Shown here: positions 14,767-23,008 of the stretch, piece by piece
Layout: every line of letters starts with the position of its first letter
Numbering within the stretch: position 1 is the stretch's first letter
Source: a virus
Length of the DNA: 43,715 nucleotides
Virus record (IMG/VR): IMGVR_UViG_3300045988_059775
Direction: 5' to 3' (one strand)
Position numbers and translations under genes: made by a program
The notes under the pieces: generated by a model
Seen by the model: the letters and a program-made list of their open reading frames with translations, nothing else
Database searches by the model: none
Told to the model about the DNA's origin: nothing

Positions 14767-15099
14767 ATGAAACTTGAAAAAAGAATAATCTGCTTTATCG
14801 TGTCAGCGGCATTGCTGATTGTGACGCTGTGGTTTACATCCTGTGGTGCGGCCACTGCCGAGGCAGGAGCTGAAAGAAAGCCATGCTACCATGTCAAGGT
14901 CTACTCCCCGGCAATCGAAAACGCGGGCTATGCCAGCAGAAGGAGACCGAAGTACACCATCACTGTAGACACTTTTAGCGATCTGGTTCCCACCGATACT
15001 TATAGTCGTGAAAGAGATTACCAACTTCTCCAAATTCCTCTTGGAGGTGGTCGCTTTGAGCTGGTGTCCACCTCGCTGGTTGAAATCGAATATTACTGA
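14767..15099 (+). CDS. Putative lipoprotein
   Basis: Signal peptide IICFIVSAALLIVTLWFTSC with a lipobox-like FTSC. Confidence 0.65.
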   Translation: MKLEKRIICFIVSAALLIVTLWFTSCGAATAEAGAERKPCYHVKVYSPAIENAGYASRRRPKYTITVDTFSDLVPTDTYSRERDYQLLQIPLGGGRFELVSTSLVEIEYY

Positions 15100-15115
15100 G
15101 GGAGGGCTGGAAAAC

Positions 15116-15400
15116 ATGAAAATCCGTTCGTTGATTTATTGGGACCCTGCGAAGAATAAACCCGGTTCCGCCGTCATTGAGATGACCGGCAAAGAAATCG
15201 TTATCCTGAACAACATCATCTGGGAAGCCGCAAAGGGGAAAGAGGGAAAATCTGGATCTCTGGATATGGCGAAATCCTTAATCTTACTGAACGCTCTTGT
15301 ACAGCATGGGGGCCTTGACAGCGTGGATATTTTGGCTCTCAGCGATGTAGACGAGCGGCGCAACCGACATCAAGGAGGCGAAGAAAATGCCCAACAATAA
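15116..15400 (+). CDS. Hypothetical protein
   Basis: GGGAGGG RBS before ATG 15116 (track ORF from 15008). Confidence 0.55.
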   Translation: MKIRSLIYWDPAKNKPGSAVIEMTGKEIVILNNIIWEAAKGKEGKSGSLDMAKSLILLNALVQHGGLDSVDILALSDVDERRNRHQGGEENAQQ

Positions 15401-15950
15401 AGCAGTTCTTTTAAGCATCCGGCCTGAGTGGTGCGAGAAGATTCTCAGCGGCGAAAAGACCGTAGAAATTCGCAAGACAAGGCCGAAGCTGGAACCTCCC
15501 TTCAAGTGCTACATATACTGCACTCTGGCCGGGAGTGACAGCCTGTTTATGGATGTCCTCAACCGGGATGTGACCGCGTGGAACCGTGGCGGATGGCCAG
15601 AAAAAAAAGGACGTGTCATTGGCGAGTTCACCTGTAAGAAAATTACCGGCCTAACCCATATTGGAGCAACGGGCAGCAGAGAGCCTGTCAAGCTATACAT
15701 CGAAACGTCAGATTTGCAGTACGAAAACGCCGACGAACTGCTTCGAGCGGCTTGCCTGACCAAAGCACAGGCTGAAATGTATCTCAATGGCGGTGACGGA
15801 TACGGCTGGAATATCTCTGACCCGAAAATTTACGACCGCCCGCGACTGTTGAGCAATTTCACAAGACTTCGGGCAACAAAATTTGGCTATGAACCTGTAG
15901 ATATTGAGCGACCACCGCAATCCTGGTTTTATGTGGAGGACGGCAGATGA
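15387..15950 (+). CDS. ASCH-domain protein
   Basis: AVLLSIRPEWCEKILSGEKTVEIRKTRP is the typical ASCH N-terminal pattern. Confidence 0.7.
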   Translation: MPNNKAVLLSIRPEWCEKILSGEKTVEIRKTRPKLEPPFKCYIYCTLAGSDSLFMDVLNRDVTAWNRGGWPEKKGRVIGEFTCKKITGLTHIGATGSREPVKLYIETSDLQYENADELLRAACLTKAQAEMYLNGGDGYGWNISDPKIYDRPRLLSNFTRLRATKFGYEPVDIERPPQSWFYVEDGR

Positions 15951-16318
15951 AATTAACCCTCTACGGCGACCCGCGCACCAAGAAAAACTCTGCCCGCATC
16001 CTCAAAAGCCGCTCAGGCGGGCGCTTTGTGGCCCCTAGCAAGGCTTACGTGGATTATGAGACGGACTGCCTGCGGCAAATCAAAAGGCCGCACAGCCCCA
16101 TTTCTGACCGCGTGAACGTGAGGTGCGTGTACTACATAAAGACAGCCCGCCGGGTCGATCTGGCAAACCTCATCGAGGCGACCACGGACATTCTGGTGAA
16201 AGCCCGCGTGCTGGAGGACGACAACAGCCGCATCGTTGCCGCCCACGATGGCAGCCGAGTGGAGCTTGATCGGGAGAAACCCCGGGTGGAAATTGAGATT
16301 AAAGAAATGGAGGAGTAA
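15947..16318 (+). CDS. rusA: RusA-family Holliday junction resolvase
   Basis: 123 aa. GDPRTKKN ... DLANLIEATTDILVKARVLEDDNSRIV contains the acidic catalytic motif. Confidence 0.85.
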   Translation: MKLTLYGDPRTKKNSARILKSRSGGRFVAPSKAYVDYETDCLRQIKRPHSPISDRVNVRCVYYIKTARRVDLANLIEATTDILVKARVLEDDNSRIVAAHDGSRVELDREKPRVEIEIKEMEE

Positions 16319-16319
16319 A

Positions 16320-16484
16320 ATGAATATTTGGATTGCTGCATTATGTTCGCTTGGCATACTTGGCGCGATCGCGATTCTTCTTGCGTTGAGTATATGCTTC
16401 ATGGAATGGGTGGTTGACAACGACCACATGGAAGCTTGTTTGCTGGTTGCGATAGGCATTTACGCCGAAGGAGGCGTAGCATGA
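16320..16484 (+). CDS. Small membrane protein (54 aa)
   Basis: IWIAALCSLGILGAIAILLALSICF is hydrophobic. The ATG lies directly after the rusA stop. Confidence 0.5.
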   Translation: MNIWIAALCSLGILGAIAILLALSICFMEWVVDNDHMEACLLVAIGIYAEGGVA

Positions 16485-17002
16485 CCCGCACATGGACACC
16501 TGACACCGACACGCCAAAGCCTGACGGCGGCGTGGACTACCGCACCGTCAAGGCGTGGTTTCAGCAGTGCCGCGACCTTGCGGCAGCTATCGAAGTCCAG
16601 AAGCAAAAAATACAGCGCATCCGGGACGTGGCAGAAAAATGCACTCAGAGCCTGAGCGGGATGCCTGCGGGTGGTGGCACTGGGGACAAGGTGGGCTTCG
16701 CTGTAGAGCAGCTGGACACCGAGCGCCGACAACTTCAGAGGATGGAGACGGACCTGTGCAATCTGCGTGTAGAGGCCACCCGGCGGGCATACTGCCTAAT
16801 AGCCGAGCCGGAATGCGCCGAAGCGATTTGCGACCACTATGTCATAGGCAAGTCTCACAAGGAAATCGCAAAAGAAGTCGGCGTGGGCGGGTCAGATGTG
16901 GTCTACCGGCGAATCAAACGCGGATGCATGGCTCTGGCCGAGATATGGGACGAGTTTTCTGACGTGCAAAGTGTACAACATGCACAAGAAAACACAGCAT
17001 GA
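16481..17002 (+). CDS. Late-gene transcriptional regulator with a sigma-70 region-4-type HTH
   Basis: C-terminal DHYVIGKSHKEIAKEVGVGGSDVVYRRIKRGCMAL. A coiled-coil N-terminal part contains SGMPAGGG. It is the last gene before the packaging module. Confidence 0.65.
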   Translation: MTRTWTPDTDTPKPDGGVDYRTVKAWFQQCRDLAAAIEVQKQKIQRIRDVAEKCTQSLSGMPAGGGTGDKVGFAVEQLDTERRQLQRMETDLCNLRVEATRRAYCLIAEPECAEAICDHYVIGKSHKEIAKEVGVGGSDVVYRRIKRGCMALAEIWDEFSDVQSVQHAQENTA

Positions 17003-17023
17003 TTTTGGAAGGGGTCAGCTCTT

Positions 17024-17051
17024 TTCAAGTCTGCAAGCTTAGATGTAAAAT
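17024..17051 (+). promoter_or_regulatory. Candidate late promoter
   Basis: TTCAAG (17024-17029), 16-nt spacer ending in TG, TAAAAT (17046-17051). Confidence 0.3.
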
Positions 17052-17174
17052 TCTAATAAGCGGTTCAGCGCTAAGCGGTAGCCGCTTGCCACGCAGCCTC
17101 CAGAACGGTTCCTTCCTTGTGACAGGTTTTCATGCTTTCCTGTTCTCCTTCACCGTTTTGCGGGCTGCTTCTAT

Positions 17175-17243
17175 GCGAGGTTTGAGAAGCCACATAACAG
17201 GTTGGCAGTTTTGTGGAACGGTTCGACTCCGTAACCTCGCACC
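17175..17243 (+). ncRNA. tRNA-like minihelix element without canonical D or anticodon arms
   Basis: 7-bp acceptor pairing GCGAGGT (17175-81) with ACCTCGC (17234-40). T arm aacgg-ttcgact-ccgta. Tail is a-cc. Only 35 nt lie between the acceptor and the T arm. Confidence 0.35.
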
Positions 17244-17360
17244 GTATGACGCATGGACTCATCCCCCACAAAGCTGCACGCTTAACCTCCCGTGCCACGA
17301 GATAAAGCTTTGAATCCCCGAGGGTGTGGGTAGACTTCCCGACGGGATGTGCGTCAAACA

Positions 17361-17392
17361 ACAGCCCTGGCGGAGAACCGGGGCTGTTTTAT
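17361..17392 (+). terminator. Intrinsic terminator 1 in the late leader
   Basis: Stem cagccctgg/ccggggctg (9 bp including one G-U), 7-nt loop, then ttttatat. Confidence 0.6.
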
Positions 17393-17394
17393 AT

Positions 17395-17465
17395 GGCCGC
17401 CTGAGCGCAGTACGGAGCGCGTGTCAGCTGAGATATTGCTGGCCGGTTCGAGTCCAAGGGCGGCG
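17395..17465 (+). pseudogene. Degenerate tRNA-like element (good acceptor and D arms, 9-nt anticodon-type loop, broken T stem)
   Basis: ggccgcc/ggcggc acceptor (6 bp). D stem gcgc/gcgc. Stem tcagc/gctgg encloses tgagatatt. The ggttcgagtcc T loop has only 2 stem pairs. Confidence 0.3.
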
Positions 17466-17471
17466 TTTTAT

Positions 17472-17544
17472 ACTCCGGTAGCTCGAGTGGTAGAGCGGCG
17501 GTCTCCAAAACCGCATGTTGCAGGTTCGAGTCCTGCCGGGAGCG
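17472..17544 (+). tRNA. tRNA-Trp(CCA), with two acceptor-stem mismatches
   Basis: D arm gctc-gagtggta-gagc. Anticodon arm gcggt-ctccaaa-accgc. T arm gcagg-ttcgagt-cctgc. Acceptor actccgg/cgggagc has A1-C72 and G6-G67 mismatches. No CCA is encoded. Confidence 0.6.
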
Positions 17545-17610
17545 CTTGCATGATCTGACGAGAGCGGGAAGTGCAATAGCGGGGCATCCAGCCGCGAAAG
17601 TTCTGGGCGC

Positions 17611-17647
17611 AGAGGCTTTGTACCCGACAAGCAAAGCCTCTTATTTT
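17611..17647 (+). terminator. Intrinsic terminator 2 in the late leader
   Basis: Perfect 10-bp stem agaggctttg/caaagcctct, 11-nt loop, then tatttt. Confidence 0.7.
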
Positions 17648-17656
17648 GATATTCTG

Positions 17657-17688
17657 ACCGTTCGGATTTTCCGGGCGGTTTTTCTTTT
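17657..17688 (+). terminator. Intrinsic terminator 3 in the late leader
   Basis: Stem ccgttcgg/ccgggcgg (8 bp including two G-U), 5-nt loop, then tttttctttt. Confidence 0.6.
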
Positions 17689-17713
17689 GCGTGAGTTTAG
17701 AGAGGTGGTGGCG

Positions 17714-18226
17714 GTGGCCTACAGCAAAAACAAAAGGATAGGAAGACCGCCCGTCTTTGAGAGCAAAGAAGAACTTGAGAAAAAAATCGAAGAGTTCTTC
17801 AAAAGTTGCGAAGGGAGCGTTTTGGAAGACGAAACCGGAAAGCCTGCTTTAGACAAATACGGGAACGTAATAAAAATCGACGAACGCCCCGAAACAGTCA
17901 CTGGCTTGGCTTTGGCATTGGGGTTTAAGTCTCGGCAATCTTTAATCGACTATCAAGGCAAGCCCGAGTTTTCTGACACGATAACGCGCGCGAAGCTTCG
18001 ATGCGAGAGATACGCCGAAGAACGGCTCTATGATCGTGACGGAAACGGCGGCGCAAGATTCAGCCTGCAAGTTAATTTTGGTTGGAGCGATAAGCCGAAA
18101 GAAGCGGAGCGGGAAGAGCGTCACGATGATGGTTTGATAAAGGCATTGAATGCTGCCGCAGACATCAGCCCGCCGGATGACGTGGAGATGTTGCCGGAGG
18201 AAGAGGACGACAATGCGGAAAAGTAA
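17714..18226 (+). CDS. terS: Terminase small subunit
   Basis: KRIGRPPVFESKEELEKKIEEFFKSC ... TVTGLALALGF is a typical terS HTH-like N-terminus. Lies directly upstream of terL. The start is one of the GTGs at 17705, 17708 or 17714, after AGAGAGG. The track ORF (from 17546) would run through the tRNA and terminators. Confidence 0.8.
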   Translation: MAYSKNKRIGRPPVFESKEELEKKIEEFFKSCEGSVLEDETGKPALDKYGNVIKIDERPETVTGLALALGFKSRQSLIDYQGKPEFSDTITRAKLRCERYAEERLYDRDGNGGARFSLQVNFGWSDKPKEAEREERHDDGLIKALNAAADISPPDDVEMLPEEEDDNAEK

Positions 18227-19460
18227 CGGTTTTCGCTGGAAAGCCCTCAGCCAGCGGCAAAAGCAGGTCTTGAGTTGGTGGACACCGCAGAGCGCGTACA
18301 GCGGCTACAACGGCATCATTGCTGATGGCGCTATCCGATCGGGCAAGACCTTTGCCATGAGCTTCTCTTTCGTCCAGTGGGCTATGACCTGTTACAGCGG
18401 CCAGCAGTTTGCCATGTGTGGCAAGACCATTGCCAGCTTCCGGCGCAACGTGCTGGGCACACTCAAGCAGCAGCTTGCAGCCCGTGGCTACAACGTCAAG
18501 GAGCATCGGGCAGAAAACTGCATGACCGTCAGCAAGAGCGGCCGAACCAACGAATTTTACTTTTTCGGCGGCAAGGATGAGAGCAGCCAGGACCTGATCC
18601 AGGGCATCACCCTTGCCGGGGCGTTCTTCGACGAGGTAGCCCTGATGCCGCAAAGCTTCGTCAATCAGGCCACAGCCCGTTGCTCTGTCACCGGGTCAAA
18701 GTTCTGGTTCAACTGCAACCCGGGCAGCCCGCAGCACTGGTTTTATCTCGAGTGGGTGCGCAAGTGCCGTTCCCGCAGGATGATGTATCTCCATTTCACG
18801 ATGGACGACAACCTGTCACTTTCCGAGGACATCAAAGAGCGCTACCGTAGCCAGTACAGCGGCGTTTTCTACCAGCGCTACATTCTGGGCCTGTGGACGG
18901 TAGCCGAGGGCCTTGTATATGACATGTTCGACCGCAAGAAGCACGTCGTTGATGTGCTGCCGGAGCTGTCTCCAAAGAGCGCGTATGTGGCGTGTGACTT
19001 TGGTACCCAGAACGCAACGGTTTTTTTGCTATTCCAGAAGCAGGCAGATGCAGACTGCTGGATCGTCACCCGGGAGTATTACTACAGCGGCCGCGAACAG
19101 AAGCGGCAAAAGACCGTTGGCGAGTACGTCACAGACCTCAAAGCGTGGCTGAATGGGATCAAGCCGGAAAGGGTCATCGTTGACCCCTCTGCCCTGCCCC
19201 TGATTACAGAGCTGCGCAAAAACGGCTTTACCCAGACCCCCGCAAACAACGATGTTCTGAGCGGCATTCTGGACGTGCAGACCATGCTGCAGACCGGGAG
19301 GTTGAAGATCTACAAAGACTGCAAGCACACGCTGGAAGAGTTCGGCGTGTACGCTTGGGATCCAGATAAAGACGACACCGTGCTGAAGGTCAACGACCAC
19401 TGCATGGACGCTATCCGCTATTTCGTGCGCACAAAGCGCCTTGTGAAACTGAGGGATTGA
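18213..19460 (+). CDS. terL: Terminase large subunit
   Basis: Walker A-like GAIRSGKT. About 415 aa. ATG 18213 overlaps the terS end. Confidence 0.93.
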   Translation: MRKSNGFRWKALSQRQKQVLSWWTPQSAYSGYNGIIADGAIRSGKTFAMSFSFVQWAMTCYSGQQFAMCGKTIASFRRNVLGTLKQQLAARGYNVKEHRAENCMTVSKSGRTNEFYFFGGKDESSQDLIQGITLAGAFFDEVALMPQSFVNQATARCSVTGSKFWFNCNPGSPQHWFYLEWVRKCRSRRMMYLHFTMDDNLSLSEDIKERYRSQYSGVFYQRYILGLWTVAEGLVYDMFDRKKHVVDVLPELSPKSAYVACDFGTQNATVFLLFQKQADADCWIVTREYYYSGREQKRQKTVGEYVTDLKAWLNGIKPERVIVDPSALPLITELRKNGFTQTPANNDVLSGILDVQTMLQTGRLKIYKDCKHTLEEFGVYAWDPDKDDTVLKVNDHCMDAIRYFVRTKRLVKLRD

Positions 19461-19462
19461 TT

Positions 19463-20848
19463 TTGAGCACTGTATACACATTCCAGACCTTCCAGCAGGC
19501 GCAAGCCGCCGGGGAACAGCCTGATTTCATCCGGCGGTTCGTGCAACAGCACTGCGCTTCCAAGCCCTACAAGATGGCTCTGGACGCAGACCTGTACGAT
19601 GCCCAGAAAAATCCGGGGGCTGAACGCTTCGCGCAGGCTTACGCTTTAATGCTGAAGCGCCTATCCAAAAACACCAGGCAGGACACCCCACACCCCGATA
19701 TGGTCAAGAGCAATCTTTTCCGGCGGCTCAACAAGCAGCGGGCGACCTACTCCCTCGGAAACGGCGTGGTCTTTGCGGACGATGGCGTGGACAAGGGGAA
19801 GCTTGGGCAGAACTTTGATGAGCGGATCCAGAAAGCCGGATATTTCGCCCTGATCCACGGTGAGAGCTTTGGCTTCTGGAACAACGACCATCTGGTGGTT
19901 TTCAAGCTGACCGAGTTCGCGCCCCTGTACGATGAAAAGACGGGCCTTTTGCAGGCGGGTGTGCGCTTCTGGCGGCTGAATCCTGACACGGATATGCACT
20001 ATATCCTGTACGAGCTGGACGGCTTCACTGAGTACACGGAAAGCAAAATCGGCAATGTGATGCAGGAGACAACGCCGAAGCAGGCATACAAGAGCGTGAC
20101 CGTCACCACACCCGGCGGCGGGCTGGAAAGCGTGGAGGGCGAAAACTACAGCGCTCTTCCCATTGTGCCGCTGTGGGGCTCAGACCTGCACCAGAGTACC
20201 CTTGTGGGTCTGAAAGCCTACATCGACAACACCGATTTGGTGATGTCCGGCTTCTGCAATGACCTGCATGACTTTTCGGAGATCTACTGGCTGTGTGAGA
20301 ACTTCAACGGCATGACCGATGACGAGCTGCAGGAGTTCCTTGTCAAGCTGAATCTGTACCACATTGCAGGCGCAGACACCAGCCAGGGCGGCAAGATCAC
20401 CCCCTACACCACCGAGATTCCTGTGGCGGCCCGGCAGACTCTGCTGGAGCTGCTCCATACACAGGTGTATGAGGACTTCGGCGGTCTGGATGTGCACTGC
20501 GTCAGCGCAGACAGCACCAACGACCATCTGGACGCAGCCTATGAGCCGCTAAACCAGAACGCAGACGACTTCGAGGCGCAGGTCAAGCCGTTCATCCGGC
20601 AGATCTGCGCACTGGCTGGCTTTGACAATGCTATGCCGGCATTCAACCGCAGCAAGATCACCAACACAGCTGAGCAGGTCAGCATGGTGATTTCCGAGGC
20701 CGCCATCATCGGGCAGGACATGGCCATTGACCTGCTGCCCAACCTGACCCCGGAACAGAAAGAACAGGCCAAGGCCGCGCTGATGGCCGAGAGCGCAGCC
20801 CGTGAGACCGTGGACGAGGAGGAGGACGAAGACGATGGCGGCAGGTGA
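19463..20848 (+). CDS. Portal protein
   Basis: About 460-aa ORF immediately after terL with an acidic C-terminus (DEEEDEDDGG). TTG start at 19463 (GAGG 8 nt upstream) or 19457. Confidence 0.88.
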   Translation: MSTVYTFQTFQQAQAAGEQPDFIRRFVQQHCASKPYKMALDADLYDAQKNPGAERFAQAYALMLKRLSKNTRQDTPHPDMVKSNLFRRLNKQRATYSLGNGVVFADDGVDKGKLGQNFDERIQKAGYFALIHGESFGFWNNDHLVVFKLTEFAPLYDEKTGLLQAGVRFWRLNPDTDMHYILYELDGFTEYTESKIGNVMQETTPKQAYKSVTVTTPGGGLESVEGENYSALPIVPLWGSDLHQSTLVGLKAYIDNTDLVMSGFCNDLHDFSEIYWLCENFNGMTDDELQEFLVKLNLYHIAGADTSQGGKITPYTTEIPVAARQTLLELLHTQVYEDFGGLDVHCVSADSTNDHLDAAYEPLNQNADDFEAQVKPFIRQICALAGFDNAMPAFNRSKITNTAEQVSMVISEAAIIGQDMAIDLLPNLTPEQKEQAKAALMAESAARETVDEEEDEDDGGR

Positions 20849-21662
20849 GACTTACGAAGAGTTCACGGAGAAGTTCAAGCCGAAAAAGACCACTGACGAC
20901 TGCTATACACCGCCTAGCGTGTACGCTGTTATCCGGGACTGGGCCTGCAAGGAGTACGGCATCGACCCGGCCAAAATTGTGCGCCCATTTTACCCCGGCG
21001 GAGATTATGAGCACTACGACTACCCGGAAGGTGATGTGGTGCTGGATAACCCGCCGTTTTCCATCCTGTCTAAAATCTGCACGTTTTACCTCGATCGTGG
21101 AATCCCGTTTTTCCTGTTCGCTCCATCACTGACGGCGTTTTCTGGAAGGGCAAATGCTATGCGGATGAACCATATCATTTGCGACTGTAATATTGAGTAC
21201 GAAAACGGCGCAATCGTCAAAACGAGTTTTGTGACCAGCTACGGCGGGGACATCATAGCACAGACCGAACCTAGCCTGACGAAGCTGGTAAACGATGAAG
21301 TGGAGCGCTTACGACGCACCAAAACGGTACAGCTCCCAAAGTATATATACCCGGATCATATTGTGACGGCTGCATTGCTCCAACGATACAGCCATTACGG
21401 TGTGGATTTCAAAATTCACAAAAAGGATTGTACCCCAATTTCTTCTCTGGACGCACAGCGCTCTACCAAGAAAACCATATTTGGCAGCGGGCTGCTTCTG
21501 TCTGATCGCGCTGCGGCTGAGAGGGCTGCGGCTGAGAGCGCTGCGGCTGAGAGGGCTGCGGCTGAGAGCGCTGCGGCTGAGAGGGCTGCGGCCACAAAAT
21601 GGGAGCTGTCCGCCCGGGAGCGTGCCATTGTGGAGTATTTGAACAGCCATGAAAAAGAATGA
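20835..21662 (+). CDS. DNA N6-adenine methyltransferase with a C-terminal Ala/Glu repeat linker
   Basis: TTDDCYTPPSVY and VLDNPPFS (DPPF motif IV). GAGGAGGAGG RBS. C-terminal (AAAER/AAAES) repeats. Confidence 0.8.
   Translation: MAAGETYEEFTEKFKPKKTTDDCYTPPSVYAVIRDWACKEYGIDPAKIVRPFYPGGDYEHYDYPEGDVVLDNPPFSILSKICTFYLDRGIPFFLFAPSLTAFSGRANAMRMNHIICDCNIEYENGAIVKTSFVTSYGGDIIAQTEPSLTKLVNDEVERLRRTKTVQLPKYIYPDHIVTAALLQRYSHYGVDFKIHKKDCTPISSLDAQRSTKKTIFGSGLLLSDRAAAERAAAESAAAERAAAESAAAERAAATKWELSARERAIVEYLNSHEKE
21510..21593 (+). repeat. Tandem 15-bp coding repeat (gctgcggctgagag[g/c]), 5 units plus a partial unit
   Basis: Direct reading of 21510-21593. Encodes AAERAAAESAAAERAAAESAAAERAAA. Confidence 0.9.
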
Positions 21663-22746
21663 CCGTGACCGCATCTCTACCCGTCAGCTGAACCGTCTGC
21701 GCCGCCGTATCCTCCGGGTGTACGGCACTGCCCGCCGGGAGATGCAGGAGCAGCTGACCGAGTTTCTGGCAAAGTACAAAGCACTGGACGAGCGCAAGCG
21801 GGCGCAGCTGGATGCAGGGGAGATTACCGAGGACGACTATCGCATCTGGCTGCAAAATCAGGTGTTTCAATCCGATTTGATGCATGCCAAGCTGGACGGC
21901 ATCACGCAGACCTGCACCACAGCCCAAGAGACGGCCTACAAGCTAGCCCGGGACGAGCAATACAACATCTTTTCCTTTGGCGCAAACTGGGCTTTCTACG
22001 AGCTGGAACAGGCCGCAGGCGTGACGTTCGGGCTGACCCTGTACAACACCGAAGCGGTCAAGCTCCTGCTGAAGGAGAACCCCCGCATGGTGCCAAACAA
22101 GCGCATCAAGAGCGAAAGCAACCGCACCTATGATGCCCGGGTGTTCAACCGCTACGTCATGCAGGGCATCGTGCAAGGCAAGAGCGTCCACGACATCGCC
22201 GTGCAGGCCGTAAACGGCATGGCTGACACGGAAATACACTGGGCCATGAACAACGCCATCACAGCCCTTACCAGCGCCCAGAATGCCGGGGCTTTGCAGC
22301 AGATGCGAAACGCCCAGGCTTTGGGAATCGAGGTCAAAAAGCGGTGGAACTCCACCCACGACTACCGCACCCGTGAGATGCACCGCCTGCTTGACCAGCA
22401 GACGGCAGAGCTCGACGAGCCGTTCAAGGTCATGGGTTATGAGATTCAGCGCCCCGGCGACCCCAACGCAGCCCCGGAGATGGTTTACCACTGCCGCTGT
22501 GTGCTGTCCTCTGCTCTGGGCAGGTATCCCCGGCAAAACGCACGGCAAATCGACAACGTGCCTGTGGTCGAGGACAGTGGCAAGGTGGACGAAAAAGGCA
22601 GGCCTATTATGGTGCGGGTCAAAAAAACCACCACCGTCATGGACTACACCGAGTGGTATAAATCCAAGGGCGGCACAGAAGCCGAGCAAATGTGGTGGGA
22701 GGAAGAGAGAAAACGGAGAAAGGAGAGCGCAAAGCATGAAAAATAA
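21649..22746 (+). CDS. Head morphogenesis protein (Mu F / SPP1 gp7-like)
   Basis: WNSTHDYRTREMHRLLDQQTAELDEPFKVMGYEIQRPGDPNAAPEMVYHCRCV is the typical Mu F-like core. Positioned after the portal. Confidence 0.88.
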   Translation: MKKNDRDRISTRQLNRLRRRILRVYGTARREMQEQLTEFLAKYKALDERKRAQLDAGEITEDDYRIWLQNQVFQSDLMHAKLDGITQTCTTAQETAYKLARDEQYNIFSFGANWAFYELEQAAGVTFGLTLYNTEAVKLLLKENPRMVPNKRIKSESNRTYDARVFNRYVMQGIVQGKSVHDIAVQAVNGMADTEIHWAMNNAITALTSAQNAGALQQMRNAQALGIEVKKRWNSTHDYRTREMHRLLDQQTAELDEPFKVMGYEIQRPGDPNAAPEMVYHCRCVLSSALGRYPRQNARQIDNVPVVEDSGKVDEKGRPIMVRVKKTTTVMDYTEWYKSKGGTEAEQMWWEEERKRRKESAKHEK

Positions 22747-22921
22747 GAAGTTTGGGATTGTCGTAATCAACGATGACTTTTTCTTGAACTTTTGCCGTGA
22801 TTTTAAGCCCCCGTGCGGTTACATTAAGCCAAAACACGTGCGGCCTTCCTACGGAAATGGCGCAAAGCCGCATGGAGCACACAAACGCCTTATTAGGACA
22901 ATGGAAGGATTCAGAAAATGA
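22736..22921 (+). CDS. Hypothetical 61-aa ORF (possible gene remnant)
   Basis: AAAGGAG RBS. Low-GC segment. Overlaps the end of the MuF-like gene. Confidence 0.35.
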   Translation: MKNKKFGIVVINDDFFLNFCRDFKPPCGYIKPKHVRPSYGNGAKPHGAHKRLIRTMEGFRK

Positions 22922-23008
22922 ATGTCTTGACGTTGGGCAGAGCAGGAGGAAGAAGGAACGAGAATGAAGCATAAAAATAAGGCCCTGCCACCCGGCAGAG
23001 CCTAAAGG

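Noticed and set aside
17395-17544. Stop-codon recoding or a suppressor tRNA (alternative genetic code), as reported for some gut phages.
   Set aside because: The clear anticodons in the window are sense anticodons (CCA, UUU, UGU). All structural and replication genes are intact long ORFs under the standard code, with no in-frame TAG or TGA clustering.
17175-17545. A phage-encoded tmRNA (T-loop-containing 3' ends, and a GGGGCTG string at 17380).
   Set aside because: No 5' and 3' acceptor pairing spans a tag-ORF-sized insert. No plausible tag reading frame ending in hydrophobic residues plus a stop was found. The GGGGCTG belongs to a terminator stem.
17546-17713. The N-terminal 56 codons of track ORF 17546-18226 (extended terS).
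   Set aside because: The extension would be translated through the end of the tRNA and two intrinsic terminators. An AGAGAGG RBS and GTG starts lie at 17705-17714, just before the conserved terS N-terminus.
22736-22921. Possible remnant of a ToxN/AbiQ-type (type III toxin-antitoxin) endoribonuclease N-terminus (FGIVVINDDFFLNFCRDFK ... KHVRPSYG).
   Set aside because: The resemblance rests on a few hydrophobic positions and an RP-Y-G motif in a 61-aa ORF. No tandem antitoxin RNA repeats lie upstream. It cannot be supported without a profile search and is kept only as a hypothetical ORF.
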